Assembly: GCF_938041645.1 (NCBI RefSeq)
Contig: NZ_CALIST010000067.1
Location: forward strand, 4,832-68,831
Direction of reading: 5' to 3'
DNA from: an uncultured Campylobacter sp.
GTDB lineage: Bacteria; Campylobacterota; Campylobacteria; Campylobacterales; Campylobacteraceae
Length of the DNA stretch: 64,000 nt
The notes under the pieces were generated by a model. That model had not been told where the DNA came from. It searched no databases and saw nothing but the letters and a program-made list of their open reading frames with translations. Below are positions 20,189 through 29,647 of the stretch, piece by piece; position 1 is the stretch's first letter; every line of letters starts with the position of its first letter. The translations under genes and the position numbers were made by a program.

Positions 20189-20377
20189 AGATGAGGCACA
20201 TTCGGTGCGGCGTGCGTAAATCCGGTCGCTTTGAGCGTGGCGCAAAAATTTCGGCGCAGGCTCTGAAGCGATCAAAATAGCGGTAAAACTTAATCGGCAA
20301 AGCATTTCGAGCTGCAGCGAATAGTATGTCGCCGTCTAAAATTAAAATTCCGAAATTTCTCTTAGAAAGGATTAGTT

Positions 20378-21805
20378 ATGGAATTTCGTATCGAAAAAGA
20401 CACGATGGGCGAGGTTAAGGTTCCGAATGAGAAATATTGGGGTGCGCAGACGCAGCGTAGCCATGAAAATTTCGAGATCGGAGTAGGGCTGGAGACGATG
20501 CCTAAAGAGGTCATAGAGGGCTTTGCCTATCTAAAAAAGGCGTGCGCACTTGTTAATCGTAAGCTAGGCCGCCTAGACGAGCCTCGCACCGAGGCGATAG
20601 CGCAGGCGTGCGATGAAATTTTAAACGGCAAACTGGACGGAAATTTCCCTCTAGTCGTGTGGCAGACGGGCTCGGGCACGCAGTCGAATATGAATTTAAA
20701 CGAGGTCGTTTCAAACCGCGCAATGGAGATTTTGGGGTTAAATTTTCGCGATAAGGTGGCACTGGACGTTAAAGACGCAAAATTCGTGCATCCAAACGAT
20801 CACGTAAATAAAGGCCAGAGCTCAAACGACACCTATCCTACGGCGATGCGAATAGCCTTTGTGCTGGAGCTTCAAAAAAAGCTGCTGCCAGCGATCGAAA
20901 AGCTTGAAGCGACGCTGGATAAAAAGACCGCCGAGTTTGCGGGGATCGTAAAGATCGGCCGCACTCACCTACAAGACGCCACGCCACTCACGCTCGGGCA
21001 GGAATTTAGCGGTTACGCGCATATGCTAAAGGCGAGCAAGGCGCAGATCCTCGCTACCGTGCCGTTTTTGCAGGAGCTTGCCATCGGCGGCACCGCGGTG
21101 GGCACGGGGCTAAACTCGCACCCGAAATTTAGCGAGATGGTAAGCGACGAGCTAAACGCGCTAACGGGCACGGCGTTTAAATTTAAATCCCATCCGAATA
21201 AATTTCACGGCCTAACCAGCCACGATGCCGAGGTGTTTTTAAGCGGCGCGCTAAACGGCCTGGCGGCAAATTTGATGAAGATCGCAAACGACGTGCGCTG
21301 GTTAGCAAGCGGACCAAGATGCGGCATCGGCGAGATAAACATCCCCGAAAACGAGCCGGGAAGCTCGATAATGCCGGGCAAGGTAAACCCGACGCAGTGC
21401 GAAGCCGTCACGATGGTCGCCGTGCAGGTGATGGGCAACCATGTCGCGATTTCCGTCGCGGCAAGCCAGGGCAACTTCGAGCTAAACGTCTTTAAGCCGG
21501 TGCTTACGTACAATCTCATTCAAAGCATCCGCCTGCTAAGCGACGCGATGAACAGCTTTGAGAAACACTGCGCTTGCGGAATCACGGCAAACGAGGCTAA
21601 AATCGACAAACTGCTGCACGAAAGCCTGATGCTCGTAACCGCGCTAAATCCACACATCGGCTACGCAAATGCCGCCAAGATCGCCAAAACCGCGCATCAT
21701 AACGGCACGACGCTGCGCGAGGAGGCGATAAAATCGGGCATACTGACCGCCGAGGAATTTGACGCGTGGGTGGTGCCTGAGGATATGATAGCGCCGAAGG
21801 AGTAA
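20378..21805 (+). CDS. fumC: class II fumarate hydratase
   Basis: [33 protein letters not shown]. Confidence 0.96.
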   Translation: MEFRIEKDTMGEVKVPNEKYWGAQTQRSHENFEIGVGLETMPKEVIEGFAYLKKACALVNRKLGRLDEPRTEAIAQACDEILNGKLDGNFPLVVWQTGSGTQSNMNLNEVVSNRAMEILGLNFRDKVALDVKDAKFVHPNDHVNKGQSSNDTYPTAMRIAFVLELQKKLLPAIEKLEATLDKKTAEFAGIVKIGRTHLQDATPLTLGQEFSGYAHMLKASKAQILATVPFLQELAIGGTAVGTGLNSHPKFSEMVSDELNALTGTAFKFKSHPNKFHGLTSHDAEVFLSGALNGLAANLMKIANDVRWLASGPRCGIGEINIPENEPGSSIMPGKVNPTQCEAVTMVAVQVMGNHVAISVAASQGNFELNVFKPVLTYNLIQSIRLLSDAMNSFEKHCACGITANEAKIDKLLHESLMLVTALNPHIGYANAAKIAKTAHHNGTTLREEAIKSGILTAEEFDAWVVPEDMIAPKE

Positions 21806-22259
21806 ATTTTAGTTGCTTGACTTTTGGGCTCGGCAGGGTTCGCTCGGCGGAATTCGGCGAGATCAGGGCGTTTCGGCAAAATTTTATCGTTTCGATAAAT
21901 TTTGATTGTTTCGACGAAATTTGATTGTTTTGCGTGACATGCTCGCCTTGAGTGATTTCGTAGAGCTTGCCTTGCACGGTTTTGCCGAGTTTACTTTAAA
22001 GCAATTTTGCCGAGCCTTCTTTAAAATCTGTAAATTTGATAGCGAAATTTGCGGATTAAATTTGCTTCGATAATGCAGCTTTTGCGGTTCGCAAAATGGC
22101 GAGATTACCGAGGCTAAAGCCGCCTTTTGCCTTTAAATTTCTATCCGTCATTTCGCGCCCCGCCAAATACACATCGAAACTGCCGCTAAGATAAAATTTT
22201 AAATGCTTCGTAAGCACCCAAACGATAAAATGCGCCAAAATTTACAAAACGAGGATTTT

Positions 22260-23072
22260 ATGAGGGACTATGATAAGGAGCCGTTGATCATAAACGATTA
22301 CACCGTCTATCATGTATTTTCTTGGAATATATTTACTTGCATATTGTGTTTTTTGCTTTTAAGTTATGATCTGATTACGACCGGCACTACGGGGAAATTT
22401 AGCGCTTTCGGTATCGTTTCTTTAATTTTTGTGACATATTCTTTCATACGGCTAAGAATTTCGGCGGAGCAAAATTTTTCTAAAAATCCGAGCTATTTTT
22501 ATTTTTCAAACAGCCTGATCCGCTACGTCGAAAATATAGATATGAAAGATAGCATAATTTCCGAAACCAAAATAGCCCCCGATCCGTCCGCAAATATATC
22601 TAGCGTTCATTTCTGCGTAGTATGCGAACTAGAAAACTCTTACGGCAGGTTCCATTATTTAAGCTCGTATGAGTTATATAGATATTCAAGCATAGGCGTT
22701 CATATAGGCAAACTTGCTCTTTATATAAAGCATCTAATGCTATATTTAATATTTGCTCTGCCGTATAAAATTTACAAGCTCAAAAAGAGCTCGGAGCCCC
22801 TTTGGCTGTTAAAAAGAAATTTTGTCGTTAAATTTAACAATAGAAATTACTTTTTAATAAATGCCATATCTGCAAAAGAGTATAATGAGCTACTGCAATA
22901 TTTCAAGGCGCTAAACGTAAAAATAGAAGATCGGACCGACTTTATACCGCAGGCTCAAAATAGCGGCTATTTCACCGATAAAAACGAAATTTACAGCGAC
23001 GATTTTAGTGATACACAAATTCCGAAGAAAAATTTTAAATGGAAGCTTAGGCGATTTTTTAGTTTGGATTGA
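22260..23072 (+). CDS. hypothetical AT-rich membrane protein
   Basis: GAGG RBS before ATG 22260, 2-3 TM segments, visibly lower GC than neighbours. Confidence 0.65.
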   Translation: MRDYDKEPLIINDYTVYHVFSWNIFTCILCFLLLSYDLITTGTTGKFSAFGIVSLIFVTYSFIRLRISAEQNFSKNPSYFYFSNSLIRYVENIDMKDSIISETKIAPDPSANISSVHFCVVCELENSYGRFHYLSSYELYRYSSIGVHIGKLALYIKHLMLYLIFALPYKIYKLKKSSEPLWLLKRNFVVKFNNRNYFLINAISAKEYNELLQYFKALNVKIEDRTDFIPQAQNSGYFTDKNEIYSDDFSDTQIPKKNFKWKLRRFFSLD

Positions 23073-23459
23073 AATTCTAGTCCAAACGGCGAGTTCTTAA
23101 ATTTAGCGAGAATTTCACGAGCAAATAGAGAGTAGGGCGGCGAGGCAAATATTGCTTGCTGTTATCTCCAGCCTGCCACAGCTCAAAGTTACGATAAGTC
23201 AAAATCAACTCAGTCATACTACAAGCGCAAGGCTATAAAATTTAAATCAGCTCCGTAACCTATCGTTGAAGTCTCGAGGCTGTAGCAAGCAAATTGGTCC
23301 CGATACACAGCCGCGACTATATAAAGCCGCGGCAAGTCGAAATCGATATGCCTCGCCGTAGCAAAACCACGGCGAGTTTGGCTAAAGCCTGTAGAGGATT
23401 GGCGTATCTAGTCCAAGCCAGCAATGAGCCAGTCTTAAAACCTAAACCGCTCCCAATCC

Positions 23460-25976
23460 CTACTTCGCTCCTTTAGGCGGCATAAACGCGGTTAGTTTGA
23501 TATCCTCGCCCGCCTTGTGTTTATAAAGCTCGATATCTACCAGCGCCGTGTGCGCAATATTGCCGTTGGCAAGCTCGCTCGTAGGAAGATCGATCGTAAG
23601 CACGTTCGGATTTCCGTTTTTGCAAAGCCCCTCGGCGTTAGGATCGTACCACGCGCCTTCGAAGATCTGCACCACGCCGCGCATTATGTCGTCGCTTACG
23701 TTCGCACCTGCTAAAATTTCGCCGCGAGCGTTATACACGCGCACCAGATCGCCCTGCTTGATACCGAGCTCCTTAGCGTCCTCGGTATTGATCAGTACCG
23801 GCTCGCGATCTGCGACGGCGTATCTCTTGCGATTTGAGGTGTTGCTCTGCTGCGAATGCAAGCGATCGAGCGGATGCAGGCTAAGCAGGTGAAATTTCGC
23901 AGGCTTATCTTTCATCCCGAGCCACTCAACGGGCTCGAACCACATCGGATGCGCGCCGCAGTCTTTGTAGTTCATCGCAGCAATCGTATCGGAGTAAATT
24001 TCAATCAGCCCGCTAGGCGTTCCCAAAGCCTCCAAAACGGGATCATTTCTAAAATCCTCAAAGCTCACGTACGCAGCACTCTCTGGCGTTTCGTAAAATT
24101 CCGTCGGCTCGTTTTTCTCCCACCACTGCTCAAAACTCGGCATCTGAATGCCTAAAGCGGTGTTTGCGTTCACGGCGCTAGCTGCCCCTTCGTAAAATTC
24201 TTTGATCCAATCCATCTCCGTTTTGCCGCCGTCCGTATAAACCTCGGCAAGTCCGTCTGCATAAGCCTTGCAAAGGTCGGTAAAAATTTGATAATCGTCC
24301 TTCGCGCCGTGCTGCTTGGCGACGACCTGCTTCATCGGGATTATATGCATATTGGAGTAGTCTCCGCTCATCGTGATGTCGTTGCGCTCATACTGAGTCG
24401 TGGTCGGAAACACGATGTCCGCCATCTTAGCAGTCGGCGTCCAGTAAATTTCATTCACTACGATGGTGCGCGGCTTGCGCCAAGCCTTGATGTTGGTGTT
24501 GGTGTCTTGGTGATGTACGATAGGATTTCCGCCGACCCAGTAGATGAAGTCGATCTGCGGATAGGTGATCTTTGCGCCATTTGCGTCGATCGTCTTGCCA
24601 GGATTTAGTAGCGCGTCCGCGATACGAGCTAGAGGAAAGGCGACCTTCGCCGTATTTACCAGCCATGCTTGGGCTGCTTCGCCGCCTTGCTTCTGATCCT
24701 GCGCAAGCCCTAGGAATTTGCCGTCCTTAACGACGCCGACGCTTGCCGCGTTCATTCCGCCGATTACGCCGCCCGCGCAGGTAGGCGCGCCGCCGTTAGC
24801 GTAATGATAGCTAAAGCCGAAGCCCCCTCCTGCAAGTCCGATCTGTCCTAGCATCGCGCATAGAGTTACGATCATCCAGTGTGCCTGCTCGCCGTGATGA
24901 GCGCGCTGGATACCCCAACCCGCCATTATCATCGTGCGATTTTCGTAAAATTTTATCGCAAGCTCTTTTATCACATCCGCGCTAATGCCGCAAATTTCAC
25001 TAGCCCACTCCGGCGTCTTAGCCACGCCGTCGCTCTGCCCCGTGAGGTACGGCACGAATTTTTCAAAGCCCACGGTATAGTTTTGTAAAAATTCCTTATC
25101 GTACTTGCCCTGCGAGTAGAGATGCTGCGCCATGCCTAGCATCATCGCTACGTCGGTGTTAGGGCGAGGGGCGATCCATCGCGCTTTACCCTCGAAATAC
25201 TTGCCGCTTACGGTTTTGATCGGATCGATGATGATGATCTCTTTGTCGCTGTTTTTTAGCTGCTCGAAATACTTAAATCCCTGCTCGTCCGAGCTCGTCC
25301 ACGCCACGCGAAGCGTAGAGATCGGATTGAGCCCCCAAAAGACCACTACTTTGGAGTTTTCAAGCACCACGGGCCACGAGGTTTGCTGCTCATAGACCTG
25401 ATTTGAGCCCGTTACGTGCGGCATGATGACCTGGGCCGCGCCCGTAGAGTAATCGCCCGTGACGCCCGTAAAGCCGCCGCTTAAGTTCATAAATCTATGA
25501 AGCAGCGTCCTTGAGACATGCACGTTGCCCGTACTTTGCCAGCCATAGCTGCCGGCAAACACCGAGTCTGCGCCCTTTTGCTCGCGTGTCTTTTTAAGCT
25601 CGCGTGCGACGAGCTTGATCGCGTCTTCATATTTTAATTCGACCCATTCGTCAAGCCCTCGAAGCTCGGGCTTTGGATTATCGGGATCGGCGAGGTAAGA
25701 TTTTCGCACCATCGGCGCTTTGATGCGCGCGTTGTAAACAAGATCCGCCATCGTATTTTGAAGAGTATTTGGAATTTTAGAGGTGATCTTCCACGGCGCG
25801 GATTTTACGATCTTGCCGTTTTTAACGCTCGCTTTTAAAATTCCCCACCGCGCCGCGGTTAAAATTTCGCCGTTTTTCTTAAGCGCGGTGAGTTTATCCG
25901 CCGCGAGCATCGAGCTTGGAATGAGCGGAAGCGCCGAGACCGCCGCGCCGAGCTTTAAAAAATTTCGTCTTTTCAT
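23460..25976 (-). CDS. Tat-exported TMAO/DMSO reductase family molybdoenzyme (TorA/TorZ-like)
   Basis: KRRNFLK Tat motif, PMVRKSYL, GSYGW, GDYSTGAA (Ser ligand), TPSGLIE, RLHSQ, EGAWYDP. Confidence 0.92.
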   Translation of the reverse strand: MKRRNFLKLGAAVSALPLIPSSMLAADKLTALKKNGEILTAARWGILKASVKNGKIVKSAPWKITSKIPNTLQNTMADLVYNARIKAPMVRKSYLADPDNPKPELRGLDEWVELKYEDAIKLVARELKKTREQKGADSVFAGSYGWQSTGNVHVSRTLLHRFMNLSGGFTGVTGDYSTGAAQVIMPHVTGSNQVYEQQTSWPVVLENSKVVVFWGLNPISTLRVAWTSSDEQGFKYFEQLKNSDKEIIIIDPIKTVSGKYFEGKARWIAPRPNTDVAMMLGMAQHLYSQGKYDKEFLQNYTVGFEKFVPYLTGQSDGVAKTPEWASEICGISADVIKELAIKFYENRTMIMAGWGIQRAHHGEQAHWMIVTLCAMLGQIGLAGGGFGFSYHYANGGAPTCAGGVIGGMNAASVGVVKDGKFLGLAQDQKQGGEAAQAWLVNTAKVAFPLARIADALLNPGKTIDANGAKITYPQIDFIYWVGGNPIVHHQDTNTNIKAWRKPRTIVVNEIYWTPTAKMADIVFPTTTQYERNDITMSGDYSNMHIIPMKQVVAKQHGAKDDYQIFTDLCKAYADGLAEVYTDGGKTEMDWIKEFYEGAASAVNANTALGIQMPSFEQWWEKNEPTEFYETPESAAYVSFEDFRNDPVLEALGTPSGLIEIYSDTIAAMNYKDCGAHPMWFEPVEWLGMKDKPAKFHLLSLHPLDRLHSQQSNTSNRKRYAVADREPVLINTEDAKELGIKQGDLVRVYNARGEILAGANVSDDIMRGVVQIFEGAWYDPNAEGLCKNGNPNVLTIDLPTSELANGNIAHTALVDIELYKHKAGEDIKLTAFMPPKGAK

Positions 25977-26581
25977 TTCATATCCTTTAAATTTACGTCC
26001 TTGGAGTGCTTTTGCAGATACTGCACCACCGTCCAGCTCTCATCCTTGCTGATAGGCGTGCGCGAAAGCATCGATTTGATGTAGCCCGGCCATCTGTTGG
26101 CTTCGTAATCGGCGGGCTGGTGCAGAGCGTGACAGACGCTACACGAGGCCTCAAATTTCTCCTTAGCGCCCGCGAAAATTTTATCCACGTCGCCGCTTAG
26201 CGCGCCATAGTCGGTGTAGGCGGTTATCTTAACCTTATTAAAGCCGTCCTCTTCGCCCAAGCTCTCGCTTTGAAATTTAGCCTGCTTCGAAAACGCCACC
26301 GCGATTATGCGCGCTTTAGGCGTGAAATAAATAACGTTGGGCGCCTTTGGATTTTGATAGCCTGTGAGCGAAAATTTCACCGCTCCGTCCTTGACCTCCA
26401 AGACCTCTATGGCGTTTGTGGGCAGCAGCCTGCCGTCCTTGTGCGACAAATCGCCGCTTACGCTTACCTGCTTTAGCACCGTGCCGTAAAGCGTCTCGCC
26501 CGCCTTAACCTCGGCGTTTGCACAGCTTGCGATCACAGCCGCAAGAGCCGCCGCAGCCGCAATAGAATTTAAAAACTTCAT
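25973..26581 (-). CDS. periplasmic monohaem cytochrome c, TorA partner
   Basis: signal peptide, single CSVCH, W...IKSM distal Met, YLQKHS; overlaps the reductase start. Confidence 0.85.
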   Translation of the reverse strand: MKFLNSIAAAAALAAVIASCANAEVKAGETLYGTVLKQVSVSGDLSHKDGRLLPTNAIEVLEVKDGAVKFSLTGYQNPKAPNVIYFTPKARIIAVAFSKQAKFQSESLGEEDGFNKVKITAYTDYGALSGDVDKIFAGAKEKFEASCSVCHALHQPADYEANRWPGYIKSMLSRTPISKDESWTVVQYLQKHSKDVNLKDMK

Positions 26582-26601
26582 GCTTATCCTTTCTTAAAAT
26601 T

Positions 26602-27201
26602 TTAAAAACTTCTCGTAAATCTGCCGTATAAAAAGCTCGCAAACATCACGGCCAAAACAGCCGCGAATGCCGCAAACGCTACCTGCGCGCACTGCGCCGC
26701 GTCTGCGAATTTGATACTCGGCACCAGATAGAACCCCTCGCCGTAAAATCCGCCGAAAAAGCTCTGCACATCGCTAAGCGCGGTGCCCGCGGGAAAGGAC
26801 GGGGTGCCCGTGCAGCTTGCGGGGCGAAATAACTCCGGCAGCAGGCTATCAAGCGGCGCCGCAAAAGGAAATGCAGGTGACGAGAGGCAATTTGCCGTAT
26901 CTGCGGCGGGGTGCGGCGCGGAGCTTTGTAAATAGCCGTATATCGTGCCTACAAAGCCAAGCAGGTAAGCAATGAGCCTTGCTATGAAGCCAAACGGCAG
27001 CAGCAAGCCGATGAGCGCGCCTACGCCCGCTACGGCAAAGCCCAGACGCACGAGGGCGCCCATTTGCGTAGGCGACATAAAAAGGCAGCGCTGAAAGAAA
27101 AAATATGATGTCGCAAGATAGCCTGCGCTTATCACAAAGAGCCAAAACCACGGCGTGGCGGTATTTTGCCACGCGTAAACCTTTAAGATCAATCTATTCA
27201 A
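26602..27201 (-). CDS. DsbI/DsbB-family membrane protein lacking the N-terminal CXXC
   Basis: FFQ..LFMSP, C...P.FPF..PL, FRP..C, LS.VQ..F, EGFYLVP follow DsbI; PCEQC replaced by PTQMG. Confidence 0.75.
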   Translation of the reverse strand: MNRLILKVYAWQNTATPWFWLFVISAGYLATSYFFFQRCLFMSPTQMGALVRLGFAVAGVGALIGLLLPFGFIARLIAYLLGFVGTIYGYLQSSAPHPAADTANCLSSPAFPFAAPLDSLLPELFRPASCTGTPSFPAGTALSDVQSFFGGFYGEGFYLVPSIKFADAAQCAQVAFAAFAAVLAVMFASFLYGRFTRSF

Positions 27202-27578
27202 GATCTCCTCCGCCTTATAAAATTCTTAAGAATACTTTTTAATCTTAAGATTTAAATTTATGAGGGAATTATAGCAATAAAAGATAAAAATTCAGACCTG
27301 TATTGCCCTAAATATCGGAGTTTTATAAGCTTTAAGCTTAACGTATAAAATTTCAATTTTAAAATTTAACGCTCTTTGCGTAGCGGCGGAAAGTTTTTGA
27401 GATATGAAATTAAAATGATAGATTTTATAAAATTTAATCTTCATTCGGGTCTATTTTGATAAAAAATATATCGATTTCAAAACTCCGTAGCTTCAGCACC
27501 CAATAAATATTATGAAGATGATATAATGAGCCGAAATTTTGAATAATATCACTTTATAATTTAAGGACGAGGTGCCGT

Positions 27579-28013
27579 GTGAAATTTAACATAAATGCCG
27601 TTATCGGCGGGGCGGATGATGTGCCGATCTATATGCCGGATATTATAAGAGTGGCAAGGCAAGAGATTAAAAGGGTTTTTAGCAACTTTGAAATGGAGTC
27701 TCTACAAAAGATCGATATTTGCCTTTGTTTGAGCGGGGAAGTATCGAGATATTTTCCGAAATCGAGAATTTACCAGCCGAAATATTATCTTAAAAGCAAA
27801 AAAATTATCGCGTATTTTCATTTTAGCTCAGATGAGTGGGGCTCCGATAAAAAGGCGAACGTAGATAAATTTTTAGAAAAGTTCAAGCAATATCTTATAG
27901 AGCTCGGAGATATTACTGGGCGGAAGATTGCGAATAATAATTTAGAGTTTGACGATAAGCAGTACAAAGACAATATAAATAAAATTTTTGAAAATTTAGT
28001 AGTAAATTGTTGA
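27579..28013 (+). CDS. hypothetical protein, possible Imm12-like immunity protein
   Basis: GAGG RBS with GTG, AT-rich; IGG, SGEVSRY and downstream Y/K/W pattern recalled for Imm12. Confidence 0.5.
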   Translation: MKFNINAVIGGADDVPIYMPDIIRVARQEIKRVFSNFEMESLQKIDICLCLSGEVSRYFPKSRIYQPKYYLKSKKIIAYFHFSSDEWGSDKKANVDKFLEKFKQYLIELGDITGRKIANNNLEFDDKQYKDNINKIFENLVVNC

Positions 28014-28416
28014 GAGAAAATTTGAAAGGGCTATCCATTTGAGGCGGCAAAATTCCGTTTCAGATAAGGCAGACGCTAGCCCGGGCTAGTGAAATTCCAA
28101 ACGCCCTTAAGACGCAAATAGCGACGAGGCGAGTTTGGAATTTCATCATTAACGATAATTTAAAATTTTGCCCGAAAGCTTATTGGCTAGCTTAAAGCGC
28201 CTTGGTTGGCGCCCCGTAGAATTTCAACGCGCCGTTAAGCAAGCGATGAGCGAGCAGAGCAAGGCGGGTCTTGCGCGAGCGCATAGAGGCGCGCGAGTGT
28301 TATTTCGCAGTAGAATTTTACGGATTTGATCTCGCGCGCAAAAGGCGAGATCAAGCTTAAATACCCGACAAGAGTAAATTTTACGCAAACCGCGCAAGAC
28401 GAGTTTTGTGCGAGCG

Positions 28417-28929
28417 CTAAATCGCGACTTTTAGCGCCTCAAATTTCGCGTCTTGCTCGGCTAGAAGCTGTCCTTTCTCATCGCGCGAGACGTAAATTTT
28501 AAAGATATTTTCGCCCGCTTTGTCGTAAAAGCCCACGAATTTCGAGAGCATGCCCATGAAAGTCTGCGTCACGAGGATAATCTTATCGATCTCATCCGTC
28601 TTTAGATGACCTCCCAAAATGCCCAGCCCATGTGCCTCATCGCCGTTTGCGCCCATGCCGAAATTATAATATCCCTGCGCGCTCTTGCCGCTTGGGATCT
28701 TGGTTTTAAACTCGATGATGAAGCTCGGCGTATTTTTCACAAAAAGCACCTCGCCCCAGCTCTCAAGCTCCCTAATGACCTCGCCGAATTTATCGCCGCC
28801 GGCGCTCTTTCCGAAGCGCTCGGGCAAGTTTAGCAGCACGTCGATCTCCTTGGCGCCGAGCTCTTTGCAGATCTGCGCGATCGAAATTTTAGGGTTTTGC
28901 GCAAACAGCGCCTCGATTCTCTCTTTCAT
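28417..28929 (-). CDS. HutX/ChuX haem utilisation carrier protein
   Basis: WGEV, IPSGK...GYYN, GGHL, FYD..GE.IFKIYVSRD. Confidence 0.85.
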   Translation of the reverse strand: MKERIEALFAQNPKISIAQICKELGAKEIDVLLNLPERFGKSAGGDKFGEVIRELESWGEVLFVKNTPSFIIEFKTKIPSGKSAQGYYNFGMGANGDEAHGLGILGGHLKTDEIDKIILVTQTFMGMLSKFVGFYDKAGENIFKIYVSRDEKGQLLAEQDAKFEALKVAI

Positions 28930-28989
28930 TTTTATCCTTTCTAAAATAAAATTTTAAGAGCCATTATAATATAAAAATTCTAAGTTACA

Positions 28990-29008
28990 GATAATGGCAA
29001 TCAATTAA
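28990..29008. promoter_or_regulatory. putative Fur box over the hutX-like promoter
   Basis: GATAATGGCAATCAATTAA matches GATAATGATAATCATTATC at 13/19; - strand TATAAT at 28963-28968. Confidence 0.55.
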
Positions 29009-29145
29009 AGAGGATTTCCAAAGCTTATTTGAAGAAAAATTTAGCGCTGCAAAGTGCTTATGCGTAGAATTTTAAGTGATAATACAAAGAATTTTATCTG
29101 CACGGAATTTTAGAATTCTAAATTCCGCAAAGTTTTAGAGCTTTA

Positions 29146-29587
29146 TCATAGCGGATCGTATCCGAAGCGATTGGACCCGCTATCGCCGCGCTGCACGAAA
29201 AATACAAGCAGCTATCCAACCCACAAATGATACCAAAAGCCCGATATCGCCGAAAAAAGCACCCACGATCGGCGTTAAAATAAGCAGAAAAAACCAGCCG
29301 CTTCTATCGGTGTCATGTAGTCGCCTGACCGATACGGCGATGGCTGGCACTAGCATAGCTAGCTGAAAAAGCGCATCTATAATGCCGATTTCTTGATGGA
29401 CGATTTTGCCGGCTATTATTTGATTATACCCTATCGTAGTGCCTAAAACGCCATCTATCAAGCTCAAAACAATCCCGCCAAGCACGGTAAATAGAAAAAA
29501 CCACCAGTACTCCGACCTCGATGCTCGCCCGCTAAATGCGGCGTATTTTTGCTTTACGCAAGTTTGCACAGACTCCATAAAAGTCAT
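29146..29587 (-). pseudogene. DUF805 membrane protein, frameshifted near the 3' end
   Basis: FSGRASRSEYWWF and VRRLHDTDRSGW; conserved tail LLVFFVQRGDSGSNRFGYDPL lies in another frame after 29212. Confidence 0.75.
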
Positions 29588-29647
29588 TTAAAACTCCTTT
29601 TTTAAAATAATATAGGATTATACTAATCGCCCCTTAAATTTAAATAC

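Noticed and set aside
27415..27546. decayed toxin tip upstream of the immunity-like gene
   Set aside because: Short stop-interrupted frame with no recognisable toxin motif.
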